Part shown: one piece after another, positions 37,091-49,776 of the stretch | Position numbering within the stretch: position 1 is the first letter of the stretch | Layout: every line of letters starts with the position of its first letter | Assembly (NCBI GenBank): GCA_965112735.1 | Contig: OZ218950.1 | Location: 6,200,001-6,264,000 of the forward strand | Source of the DNA: Phaeosaccion multiseriatum | Lineage: Eukaryota; Protista; Ochrophyta, other classes | Direction: 5' to 3' | DNA: 64,000 nucleotides | Program-made: the position numbers and the translations under genes | Notes under the pieces: generated by a model | The model's database searches: none | Seen by the model: the letters and a program-made list of their open reading frames with translations, nothing else | What the model was told of the DNA's origin: nothing

Positions 37091-37994
37091 TATGTCAAGA
37101 AAAGATACGGGACGTACAACCAACACGTGTGGGTACGGGGTACACTTCGTCCTCGGGATGGCACTGGATGGCAGTGGATGGGAGTGGATGGTTCGCCCCC
37201 CCCCACCCCCCCCCCCACACACACACACCATATTTTGCACATTGTGAGTGAGTGTGTTTTGATGCTCTCTTGGAGAGCCTGCAGGAGAGCTCAGGAGAGG
37301 AAAGTGCAAGGTGGGGTTGGACCGACTTGTTAGAAGGCACCCAAGGGCAGCCGCCAGTGCAGCCACCAGTGGGCGGTGAGAGCGGGGCCCGCAGGAGGGA
37401 GAAAGATATATAACTCTCATCTTACGTAACATGTACACCTGGCATATGGGCGTATGGGTGAGGACTGATACGATACGTAATGATAAGTAATGACAATTGG
37501 AGGGCGAGCATTTAATGACAAGAGCAAAATTGAACATTTTTTTTTCGTCTTCTCCCCCCCAGACGTGTTGATGTCTCCATCCCTTGACGTCTTAGGCGTG
37601 TGTGTGTGTTTGTGTGTGTGCGTGTGTGTGTTTGTGTGTGTGTGTATGTGTGTGTATGAGTGTGTGTGTATGTGTGTGTGTGTGTCTCTGTGTGTGTATG
37701 TGTGTGTATGAGTGTGTATGTGTGTGTGTGCGTGTGTGTGTGTATGTGTGTGTATGTGTATGAGTGTGTATGAGTGTGTGTGCGTGTGTGTGTATGAGTT
37801 TGTGTATGAGTGTGTGTATGAGTGTGTGTGTGTGTGTGTGTGCGTGTGTGTGTGTGTGTCTGCGTGTGTGGATGTATGTGTGTTTGCATTGCGCTTAGCT
37901 GGCCTTGGCGCTCGCATCAATGGGCGGTGGGCGTATCTAGCAAGCAACCCTCCTCCTCGTCATTGCTCATCACGCCCACATGGCAAGCCTTCCA

Positions 37995-40900
37995 TTAACC
38001 ACCCATCCCCTCTCTCTCATGATCTCCTGATGGCCCACTGCCATCAGCGACCATCTGCTCCAGCAGCCCCTCATCCTCATCCTCCTCTCTCTCTTCCTTG
38101 GCTCTCTTCCGCGCCGCCACAACTTCAGCGTGCAGCTCCACTGCGTTCTTTCGCTCCTGCGCGCGACGAAAGGCGTCCCCAGCTCCTCCCCCGTCCCCTC
38201 TCCTCCCTCCTTTCGCTCCTTCTCCTCCTCCTCCTTCTCTTCCTCCTTCTCCTCCTTCTCCTCCTCCTCCTCCTCCTCCTCCTCCTCCTCCTCCTCCTCC
38301 TCCTCCTCCTCCCTGTTCGGCTGCTAAACTATCCCCCACCCCTGCCTCCTGTACATCTCTCGTTTCTGCGTCTCCCTCTTCTTTCCCTTCGTGTTCATCC
38401 CCTTCTCCGTTCTGTCCATCCCCCTCGTACCCCTCCCCCCCCCCCTCCTCCTCCTCCTCGTCGTCGTAATGTTCCTCCTCCTCGTCCTCCTCCCCCTCCT
38501 CATCCTCCTCATCATCATCGTCATGACGGTCCTCATCGTAAGCAGTGTACTCCATACCATCCCCCGCCTCCTCGCCCCCCTCCCCTCCCTCCTCCTCTGC
38601 CTCCTCCTCCTCCTCCTCCTCCTGGGGCCACGACCACCCCCAACAATCTGCAGCAGGGTTCCTCCCGGGAAAGTCAGTGAGCCCTTTAAAGTCGAGTCTC
38701 CCCCGTCGGACCCCCGCAAGAAAGTTCCACAGATTCTTCCCCGCCGTGAAAGTGTGAAACGCCACATCGGCTCTGAGAGGGAGGGCGGGGAGGGATGGAT
38801 GGATGGAGGGAGGGAGGGAGGGAGGGAGGGAGGGAACGGCGGCGCCTTGGTCAGTATCTTCTCAGAGAGAGAGAGTGGTAAAGAGAGAGAGAATGGCAAT
38901 GATGGAGATAGAGAGGGAGAGAAAAAGGAAGAGAGAGGAGGCGAGAGAGAGAGAGGAAGAGAGAGGGAGGGAGAGGGGGAGACAGAGAGAGAGACGGAGA
39001 GAGAGAGAAAGAGAGGAGGGAGAGAGGGAGAGACGGAGAGAGGGAGGGAGAGGGGGAGACAGAGAGAGACAGGAAGAGGGAGAGACAGAGAGAGAGAGAG
39101 AAAGAGAGGAGGGAGAGAGGGAGGGACGGAGGGAGGGGGGGAGGGAGAGGGAGAGACAGAGAGGGGGACAGAGAGGGAGAGATGTGCTGTGGAGCATGTA
39201 CAGTGAGAGCCTTCTCGACTTGGACGCCCCCAGCTTTGTCAAGTGGGGCCAAGAGTGGCGTGTTCAGGCCTACACTCGAGAAGGGCTGCGACTGCCCTCC
39301 CTCCCTCCCTCCCTCCCTCCCTCCCTCCCTCCCTCCCTCCCTCCCTCCCTCCCTCCCTCCCTCCCTCCCTCCCTCCCTCCCTCCCTCCCTCCCTCCCTCC
39401 CTCCCTCCCTCCCTCCCTCCCTCCCTCCCTCCCTCCTTCCCTCCCTCCTTCCCTCCCTCCCTCCCTCCCTCCCTCCCTCCCTCCCTCCCTCCCTCCCTCC
39501 CTCCCTCCCTCCCTCTCCTCCCTCCCACACCCCCAGCCCCAAACCCTCACTCACTCACTCACACATACACTCACTCACTCACTCACTCCCTCACTCACTC
39601 ACTCACACATACACTCACTCACTCACTCACTCACACATACACTCACTCACTCACTCACTCACTCACTCACTCACACATACACTCACTCACTCACTCACTC
39701 ACTCACTCCCTCACTCACTCACTCACACATACACTCACTCACTCACTCACTCACTCACTCACACATACACTCACTCACTCACTCACTCACTCACTCACTC
39801 ACTCACTCACTGACTTACTCGCTCACTCACTCACTCACCACCGCACTCACTGATTCACTCACGCACTCACCCTCTGTCCTTGATGCCCTTCTTGAAGAGG
39901 AACCACGCCGACCCCTCCTTGCCAATGCTCAACAGCTTGACGTCGAACCTCAGCGGTGAGTAAGGAGGGCATTCGAAGCTCGCGTACACCTCTCCAAAGC
40001 CGCAGTCCGGCCGCACAAACACCAACGCCCGCTCCCCCATACTCATATGACTCACCGCTACATCCAATCCGCGCACCACTGCCCCGCGCGTATGGTACAG
40101 AAACCTCAACTTCAAGTGTCCCTTCACCGTCGTGGAGCCGCTCTCCTCGGCGGGAAGTTCCATCTTTAGGTGGTGTAAATGTGCCCCTTGGAAGGCAAGG
40201 CCCTTCATGCGAGAAGCGAACCCCCCTGCCCCGAGATGCTTGCCTCTGACTCTGTCCATCACGTGCTTGGCTCCTCGGACCACTCGGTGCCCCCACACAT
40301 GCAAGAAGCGAGCGAGCTGCTGCTGTAGTCCCCCTCCTTCTCCCCCTCCTCCTCCTCCTCCTCCTCCTCCTCCCTGACCCTCGTCGCTCTGCACCTCCAA
40401 GCGGGGAATCATATGAGTGGGTACCCAATACGTTTTGATTTGTGCGAGCCGCTCCTTCTCCGCCTTCTCTGCCTCTTCCTTCCTCCCCACCACCCCCGAC
40501 AAGCCGCGCGAAGCAAATGATGAGAGGGTACGCCCAAGGCCCACCGAAGTCCGACTTCGCCCACTGTCTCGTCCTCCTCCCCACGCGGTCTCTTTCTCCT
40601 TCTTCTCCTCCTCCTGGTGGCGGTGGTGGTGGTGGTGGTGGTGATGGTGATGGTGATGGTGGGAGCCCGTCTTGCCGCTCCCTCCCCTCTCCCCTCCCTG
40701 CTCTCCATCCTGTCCCTGCTCTCCCCCCTCTCCATTCTCTCCCTCATCTCCCTCCTCCTTCTCCTCCTCCTCCTCCTCCTCCTCCTCCTCCTCTAACGCA
40801 CTCAGCTCCTGCTCACTGCCGCTACCGCTACCTGCGCTACTCCTGGACACTGTCCCGCTGTCGCTCTCGTCGTCACCAGCATCCTCCGTATCGCCAACTC

Positions 40901-42552
40901 CTTCTCCTCCGTCACGCTCGTCTTCAAAGCGAATATGGATGCCTCTCTTCTCGTCATACCCCAGTACAACGGCAATGCGGTGGTGTACCACCAACGGCTG
41001 CTGCTGTGACTCGCTTCTGTCGTCGGAGTCCTCACTACTGATGGAATTGGTGTTCTCGTCCTCCTCCTCTTCCCTCCGCTCTCCTCCTCCACCCTTCTCT
41101 TCGTCGTCTTTGCTACTCCGGAGCTCGCTCCTCTCTTGACTGGGGAGCAAAGCCTTATGGACCTCCTCCCCTTCCTCTCCATTCTCTTCCTTGCCTGTCT
41201 TCTTCTTCCCCCCCTCCTCCTCCTCCTCCTCCTCCTCCTCCTCCTCCTCCTCCTCCTCCTCCTCCTCCTCTTCCTCCTCCTCCTCCTCCTCCTCCTCCTC
41301 CTCCTCCTTCTGCTCCTCCTCCTGCATATATCGCACCCCTTCCTCCTCGTCCACACGCACCCTCCATCCCGCGGGTACCTCCACCTTCACCTGGCTCACC
41401 ACCTCCCCCGCCTCATCATTGATTCTCTCCACCTCCTCCAACCTCTTGGCCAGCTCTAATATAGCCTCGAGATCGGCCTCCTGCAAGCTCCTTGCATTAC
41501 CCTCTCGCTCCTTGGCAAGCCTTTCTTCCTCCATGATTCGATAAAGCTCCTCACCACTCAGCTCCACCTGACCAAGACTGTCGTGGGCGCCTGTGGGGTA
41601 GGTGGGTGGGTGCGTGCGTGCGTGTGTGCGTGCGTGCGTGCGTGCGTACGGGTGGACGGGCGGGCGTGCGGGTGGGCATGATTGGGTGGTTGGGTGGAGG
41701 GGAAGGTAGGAGAAGTGTGTTAGTCGATAGATGGAGGCGTATGGGAGGGGGTGGACGACTCAGCTGCGGCCGATCGATGCATTGGATGGCGGATGGATGG
41801 ATTGGAGCAGTCAGGGAACGAACGGACGCTTTGATCTTTCTCGTTTCTCTTCCTCTCGCCTCTCCATCATCCCTATATCGGAAAGCGGCAGTCCATCCTA
41901 TCGATGGAGCGCCGTACGTAAGGACGTTACGTAAGTACTCACTCCAAGTGTCGTAGTCAAAGCACTCAATGAGCAGCGTCCCTCCCAAGAGGTGCGATAA
42001 GTCATCAATATCGTCTTCGTCCTCTTCGCTCGCCAAGTTGAGCGAGGAGGCGCCTCCCTTTCCTGTCTGCCCCTTCTCGAGCTGATCCACAGCGTCGTCG
42101 TCGTCGACCTCCTCCTCGTCCTCCTCCTCGTCCTCCTCCTCTTCTCCTCCTCCTCCTCCTTCTTCTTCTTCTTCTTCTTCGTCTTCGTCTTCTTCGTCTT
42201 CTTCGTCCCCTTGTTCCTCTTCCTCTTCCTTGGCTCCTGCCGCCTTTCCCTTCTCCTCGTCTTCCTCCTCCTCCTGCTCCCCCTTATCTTCACCATTGCC
42301 GCTCTTTGTCTTCGTCTTTATCTTGGCCTTTGTCTTTTCTTTCTCCTTCTTCTTCTCTTTCTTCTTCTTCTTGTTCCTCTGCTTCTTGTTTCGCTTGTCC
42401 TCCAGCATCTGCTCTCTCTTGTCGATGTCCTGCTGTCGCTCCAACGGAATGACAAAATACTCGTCGAACTCAGGATTAAGTGTGTCGTCCCACATTTGCG
42501 TCTGGCCGATCTGTCGGGTGCGATAGAGGGAAAGGTGAGGGTGAGCCAGCAC

Positions 42553-42633
<81 letters not shown>

Positions 42634-42718
42634 ACATATTCACACATATAAGAAAGTGACTGCACAGGGGTTTGATCAGTCAGCATCTCTGCCTCTGCGT
42701 CTCTCTCCGCATCCCTCC

Positions 42719-42762
<44 letters not shown>

Positions 42763-45434
42763 CTTCTTACCCCTCCAGTAGAGTTTGCAATAGGGATCGG
42801 ACAGACCGACGGGGTCGGCATTGGGGAGGGACTCGGCTTTAACGAGGTGGAGGTGGAGGCTCACTCTTCTCGACTTTGTGTGTCTGTGCAGCGATAGACG
42901 CACTGAGAAGATGCCTGTGCATTGTTTGGGCTGGAGGCTGGCGTTGAGCTGTGGATGGCAGTAGATGGGAGACGGGGGGGGGGGGGGGAGGGGGGTGGAT
43001 GGCAGTGGAAGGGAGAGGTAGAGGTGAGATGGAGAGATGTAGAGGATTGGGAAGGAGACACGGAAGGAGGGGGGGGGAGGAGAGAGACAAGAGGGAAAAG
43101 AGACGTGAGAGAGGCTGCTTGAACGCAAGTGCGGTACATACATGTTTGCCTCAGGACATGGTGCTCCGCTGCCGCCGTCGCCAGCAACAGCAGCGACAAA
43201 GAACGGCTGGGTTGCAGTGGATGGCCGTGGATAGAGCATGCATTGCACACACCCACGCACCCACCCACCCTCAGTCCTGACACCCACCCACCCTCTGCCC
43301 TGACCCCCATCGACCTTCTGTCCTGACACCCACCCACTCTCTGTCCTGACACCCACCCACTCTCTGTCCTGACATCCACCCACCCTCTGTCCTGACACCC
43401 ACCCACCCTCTGTCCTGACACCCACCCACCCTCTGTCCTGACACCCACCCACCCTCTGTCCTGACATCCACCCACCCTCTATCCTGACACCCACCCACCC
43501 TCTGTCCTGACACCCACCCACCCTCTATCCTGACACCCACGCACCCTCTGTCCTGACACCCACCCACCCTCTGTCCTGACACCCATACAGCCACCCTCTG
43601 ACCTGACACCCTTCCTCCCTCTGACCTGACACCCACCTCCTTGCCGTTGGTTGCATTGCCCTTCCGGGCGATGTCGACGAGGTCCATATCCGAGAATCGT
43701 ACCTTCGCAGCGAAGGGCGAAGGTGAGGGATAGAGAGCACAGAGAGAGAGAGAGAAAGAGCAGAGAGAGAGAGCAGAGAGAGAGAGCAGAGAGAGCAGAG
43801 AGAGAGAAAGGGAGGGAGAGATAGAGGGAAAGGAAGAGAGAGCAAGAGAGAGAGAGAGAGAGAGAGCAGAGAGAGAGAGGGGGGGGGGGGAGGGGGGGGG
43901 ATGGAACCCGGTCCGACAGACATCAGAAGAAAGTCCTACAGAATCGTGCGCGGGGCGGAGGGGGGGGCTTCTGCCGCTCCTCCTTCCGGTGGCCCTCGTG
44001 AAAACCGGGTGTGTTATGTGTGTTGCCTCTCGTCTTACCTGTCCCATGAAGTCGTTCTTGGAGACGCGATCCCAGTCAAAGACATCGACTCGGAGCCTCG
44101 GTAGCAGGGCGTCCGCGTGGAAGTATGGGCTCCTTTCCTCGTCCTGCATGGTCTCCACGAAGGCCTGACGAGATGATGGCAGCGAGCGAGCAAGAGAGAG
44201 TCAGAGGTCAGATGCCTGCCGTTGCGGATAGACGGATGTTGGTCATCCGCTGCAGCAATTCACAGAGGACGTGCTCATTAACAGGACCGGTTCCTTCAAT
44301 CTCCTCTCAACTCCCCGGTCCGCCCCCCCTCCTCCACCCCCCCTCCCACCTCCCCTTCCACCTCCACCCCCCCAACCCTCCCGTCCTTCTCTCCCAGCTC
44401 CGCACCTGCGTGACTGGCAGGACGAAGGTCTGATTGTGCCAAACGGGATTGAGCGTCATGTGTTTGATAGGGGTGGCGCCCACCATCTTGTGGTCCCAAA
44501 ACACAACGCAGTAGGGGTCGCTGTAGCCCATGGCGTCCAGCGAGGCCAATTTCTCCGCCCCTAGGATCTGCATGTGCAGGGAGGGTCCACTACAGCCGCT
44601 TTGAAACATGAAGGTGCCACCTCTACTCGCGCATTGGACTGTGGTGTCCTCCAGTGGCTCCGTCTGCGTCACACCCGGCTCGTTTCCGGCCCACATGCTG
44701 TACCTGACAGACACCCAGTCATGCACCTTGGGGTACGTTAGGTTGTTCCCCTCTTCGACGGTCTGGATGAGGACCGGGTCCCCGACTGCGATGACTTTGG
44801 GCTTGTGGCCATGCTTCCCTCGCTTCTTGGCGTGGTACGAGTAGAAGCAAGCGCAGCAGTAGCCCCGCGGTGGTCGGCCTGGTTTGCTGCACTCCAGACA
44901 CACGAAAAAGGCAGGCTCTATATGATGCCTCCTCTTTTGCTTGCAGTTCCAGCACATTGTAACACCCGTTCTACCCCGTTCACCCTCCCGCCCCCTGCCC
45001 GCCCCTCGTTGCTCAGTCTTCGTTCGCTGTTTTGTCGTCAAGGCCTGGTCGAGAACTGAGTACGACTTGTCCCACAACCCCCCTGAGCCTGCCGACCAAG
45101 GCCGCCTGGACGTTGCCGTTGCGTCCAATCGTCGTATTCTGCTCGTAGCCGGGCTGAAGGTGTCTTTGAACTGCTGGTGCTCGTCCAACAAACTCTGCTT
45201 CCCCCCTTCCTTGAACGTTCTTTGCCGCCTGGTCTCCTGCCTCTGTAGCGTCCCTGAGAGAGAGAAGAGTGTGGCAGTCGCCCTGGGCTTAGGACATGTC
45301 TTCCCTTCTGGCACTCGAGCATCGGTACTGTCGTCATCTTCGCTGAACGTCGCATCATTGCCATTGTTGTATTGCTCGAGCTCCACGAACTCGAGTTGGT
45401 CTTTGAGCGACCGAAAGCGCAACGGCTCGATCAT
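37995..45434 (-). CDS. Large protein: B-box-like Zn finger, split FKBP-type domain enclosing two C2 domains, long acidic low-complexity inserts; ~7 exons
   Basis: Approximate exons 45434-44406, 44165-44039, 43703-43637, 42948-42763, 42510-41943, 41590-39871, 38772-37995. CWNC...CLEC...YCCACFYSYH...HGH. C2 motifs DAMGYSDPYC...TLNPVW...VDVFDWDRVSKNDFMGQV and DPVGLSDPYC...TLNPEF...IECFDYDTWGAHDSLGQV. FKBP halves at ~44596-44760 and ~39925-40090. Confidence 0.8.
43270..43640. repeat. 23-bp intronic minisatellite (CCTCTGTCCTGACACCCACCCAC), ~15 copies
   Basis: Tandem copies starting at the minus-strand donor at 43636. Confidence 0.9.
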
Positions 45435-45683
45435 TGTTCAAACCCCGCGTCCCCTGCTCAGGACTTGGGTTTGTGTCACCAGCCCGGCCCTCATCAGAGG
45501 AGATTACCCTACGCTGGTGAGCGAATCTCCGCTCTACCGCTCCCTTCTCCTTAAAAAAAAATTATGTAACTGTATGTGTCACAGAACCGGCTGATTCCAA
45601 CACGCGAAGAGAGAGGATATATCAAGAAGAGAAGGGAAAGTACCGATTAGCGCAGCGCTGATGTAGTACACATATCAGGAGCC

Positions 45684-46340
45684 ATGGCAACCTACATGAA
45701 GCTTGCCGCGCTTCTGTTCCTTTTGTTTGGCTCTCTGCTGGGATTCGTGGGAGCCGCGTCCGTGAATTCAGCAGAGGTGTCAGCCAGGACTTGTTCCTAT
45801 CGATCGCAGTGTGCAGCGGAGTTGGCTGCGGGCGGTGGGACCAAGGCGGCGTCGGCAGCAGCAGGGACGAGCATATTGCACTACGTTGGGGATGTCTCCA
45901 ACGTCCTTGAAGGCCTCGTCCCTGAGAATGTGCGCAATGTGCGTGTGCAGGCGGACTCCCTGTTTGTGGCCTTCCTGGTGAGTAATGCGGTGCAAACGAA
46001 TAAAAGTCCTACAAACGGAGGCCGCAAACACACACAATGAAGAGAATGCAGAGGGTATTCCGAGTTTCTGACCGCCGAGCAAGTAAAAAAAAGGGGTGGG
46101 GTCCTCCACCCCTGCCTCACTCTCTCTCCATCCCACTCCATCGCAGGGGGGGTCTCCCTTCACGCTGGATTCTTTGGGCGAGATGGTGACTGTAAACGGA
46201 GTGGCCTACGCACGGAGCTCCGACGCCTCCAGCCCCGACTACTACCAGCTGGTACAGGGAACATCCTTCGTGACCACGGGCTGCCTCATTATACCAAAGG
46301 TCGGCCGGCCTTTGATGCTTGCGGGTTGGGCTGTGTGTGT

Positions 46341-46391
<51 letters not shown>

Positions 46392-47160
46392 GTATGCATC
46401 TTTTACTCAGGCTTTCCCACTTGATACACCCTCTCCTCTCAGGACACGCCTCCGAACCTCCACTGGCGAAAGGACCCCCAAAGCACCAGCAGCGATACAT
46501 CGAGTGATGCAGCAGTTGGTGATACATCAGATGATGCTGGCCTGACCCGTCCTCCCATGCTGTGGGACGATTTTTGTCTCGAGGCCGTCCAGCGGGCCGA
46601 CACCGCCGTCGCGTGAGTGCATGAGGACCTGGGTGGGACCTCGGACAGGAGGGGCGGGCGCATGTATTTCCTCCTTCCATCCTCCTCTGACACGCCTTGG
46701 CGGGGGTCCTCATTCATTCATTCGCTCACTCACCTCACCTCACCTCACCTGACGGGCAAGTGTCTAAGGGGAAGGCCCCCATCTTTCATCTTGCCCACTC
46801 ACCTTTCTTCTCTCTCCCCTCTTTGTCCCTTCTCTCCCACCCGTTTGTCCACCCGCTCTTGTTGCAGCTACGCGGGCTTCGTGGAGTTCGAGAGCCTTCG
46901 GGTGAGCAAGGTGTAACGGCACTTGTAACGGCACATGTTACTGCACATGTACAGGCAGCAGGCGTTGTCTTCACCTCCCTCCTCCCTCCAGGCAGCAGTG
47001 CGTTGTCTTCACCTCCCTCCTCCCTCCATAGACTCTCTCCCAGACGCGCCAAGCATGAGGCAGCAATTCCCTCCCTTAGTGCACCCATCCTCACGCCTTG
47101 TCCCTGCCGCCGCCATGGCCCAATACCCCAACCCCCAACCCTACACGCACACACACACAT

Positions 47161-47256
<96 letters not shown>

Positions 47257-47947
47257 CTACACATGATATGCTTCACCTCTAACCTCCAACATAACCAGGG
47301 AACTGCTGCCTCCCGGCCGCCCATCCACGGCGACCACATCTTCTCACACCTCGACAAGTACTTTACAGAGCCTGCTGTCCACCTGAGCCAACGCAAGGGA
47401 TTCGTCGTGGGCTGCGCTGCGAGCTTTCAGGATCTTGCCCCGGAGCTGAGGCAGCAGGTCACAAGAGAGGGAGGGAGGGAGGGAGGGAGGGAGAGAAGGA
47501 GGGAGGGAGGGAGGGAGAGAGGAAGCCCAACTTGTGCCTGCTGTATCACCACCTGATGCCGCGCTCTGCTCGCGTACGTGTGTGCGTGTGTGCGTTTATA
47601 TTGATGCCCAGTCCTCACGGTCTCCCTCCCCTCCCTCCCCCCCCCCTTCCCTCCCTTGATACGCGCGAATGAAGGTGTCTCGCTTTCTCTACGACGGCTC
47701 CAACGGGCCCACAGGGCAAGACACAGGGGTGGGCATCAAGCACCACTCACACGTGCTGCTGCTCAGAGAGGGTGACAGAGGGAGGGCCATTAGCAAGCCT
47801 GAGGACATTGCCCCACAGGACGTTGAAGGGGTCTATCACCTTACGGGGCAGTCGAGGGTTTCTGACTTCGACATGGACTTGTGGAGAATAGGCGGACTCC
47901 GGGCCCACGTTGAGGAGCAGGAGCAGGAAAAAGAGGGGACTGACTGA
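45684..47947 (+). CDS. Secreted protein resembling the alpha-acetolactate decarboxylase (AldB/BudA) fold, 6 exons
   Basis: Signal peptide MATYMKLAALLFLLFGSLLGFVGA. Approximate exons 45684-45977, 46147-46299, 46443-46612, 46868-46901, 47299-47457, 47675-47947. Motifs SLGEMVTVNGVAY (cf. LDGEMxxLDGxxY), GFVVG, KHHSHV and GVYHL (cf. HLH...GGHL). Confidence 0.6.
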
Positions 47948-48427
47948 CTGACTGACTGACTGACTTGGACTTGCAGACTTGGGTGTGTATCACTCACTTG
48001 CATCGGTCATAGAGGGAAGGGGGGGGGAGAGGGAGGACCAGGGCGGAGGGGAGGAAGGGAGGAAGGGGGGAAGGATGAGATGAAGGCCAGGGAAAGGAGA
48101 CAGAAGAGCGTCTCTTGTGGAGATAGATGCAAGGTGCTTCTGATGTGTATAAAGGAATGATGAAGTAAGTATTTTTAGAAATGAAGGGAATCGTTGACTT
48201 ACTTTTTTTGCCCGCAACTTCGCTTTCCCTTCTTCCTCTCCTCCTCCTCCTCCTCCTCCTCCCTCCCCTCGTCGTCGTCCTCCTCCTCGTCCGTCTCCTC
48301 TCTGCCTCCCCTCCCTCCTCGTCCGAACGCCCCTGCTCATTACTACAAGCGCCCTCGGTCAATCGTAAATCTTCGAATCCTCTGCTAGGTCCCTTTCACC
48401 CCTCTTGAAGGGGAGCCCACTGCAGGG

Positions 48428-49485
48428 ATGGAGGGCCGTTCCGTTGCAGCTCTTCTGCTTATTCTCTCGCTCGGGGGAGAAGTAGGTGTCGCCAATGCAT
48501 TCTACGGAGGAGGGGTGCTCGCTGGTAAGAGAGTATTCGTCGAGGAAGGATGAATGAAATGCCCATCATACTCACCCTTTTGCCCTTTGCCAACGCCCCC
48601 ACTCTACAGGGAGGCTTGGTGGGAGCAGGAGCTGGAGCAGGAGTACCACCACCGCTTCGACTGTCAGTGTTGGCGGTAGAGGTGGAAGGATGGTGGGTCC
48701 TGTGTTGTTCTCCTCCTCAGGTGGTGCAGATGATGCAGTAGCCACAGCAACAACACCACCACCACCAACAGCAATAACAGAGAAGACTGCCGGGGAGCCG
48801 GAGAAGTCCGAGCAGCCCGCTCAGACTCAGAGGGGTGAGCGACCGAGCGAGCGACGGCTTTCAGCGGAGGACGAGAAGACCATTGTGGATTTCATGAACG
48901 CTACGTGCAAGGAGGATTTGGCGCAGTACTGTCTTAAGTACTCAGAGGTGAGGAGAGAGAGATGGGAGAGAGACAGAGAGAGAGGGGATAGAAGTTCTGG
49001 GGGCGGCGGGGAGAGGGGAAAGATCGAAGGAAGAGGAGATCGAGAGAAGAGGAGAAAGAGGAGTGAGGCGAGAACGAGAGAGACGTAAGGGAGAGAGAAG
49101 GGAAAATAGTGAAGAAAGAGAGAGAGAGGGGCGAGGGGGGAGGAGAGAGAGAGGTATTAGTCTCATCTGACAAACTGCTGACGTTGCTCCGTTGCACCCG
49201 AACCGAACCTTCCCCACTCTCACCATCTGTGCCCCTCCTCGCATGCCCCCCCCCCCCCCGCCAGGCGGGAGCAATTGCGGCCAAGAAGAATGCTTGGACT
49301 GGGGGTGCCTATGTCATTGAAGAGGCAACGCTGCTCCGGGTGGACGAGGAGGGGTTGAGGGTGGCCTGCAACATCGTGGAGACAGGCTTCTTGGGCAAGC
49401 AGAAGAAGAGTGCCATCGAGACAGTGGTATGATGCGACTGGCAGGAGGGAGAGAGATGGGGGGGGGGGGGGAGGGCAGGGCGGGA

Positions 49486-49521
<36 letters not shown>

Positions 49522-49710
49522 ATTGTTTCCGGGAAGGGGGCTGCTGTATCACCAACTGCTTCTACTGCTGCTGCTGCTGTATCACCAACTGCTGCCGTTC
49601 CCCCGTGCCTTGGTCAGGTGCCATACCCGTGGAAAGAGGGTGTGAAGGTCCTCTCTGCAGGAGAGGCCAAGAATCAGATTATGGCTCTCAGCAGGTGTGG
49701 GTGTGTCTCA

Positions 49711-49776
<66 letters not shown>

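Noticed and set aside
49546-49595. GTATCACCAAC as a canonical branch point (TACTAAC-like)
   Set aside because: Only 5/7 match, and the motif also occurs in exons, UTRs and near donors, so a pure branch-point role is unsupported.
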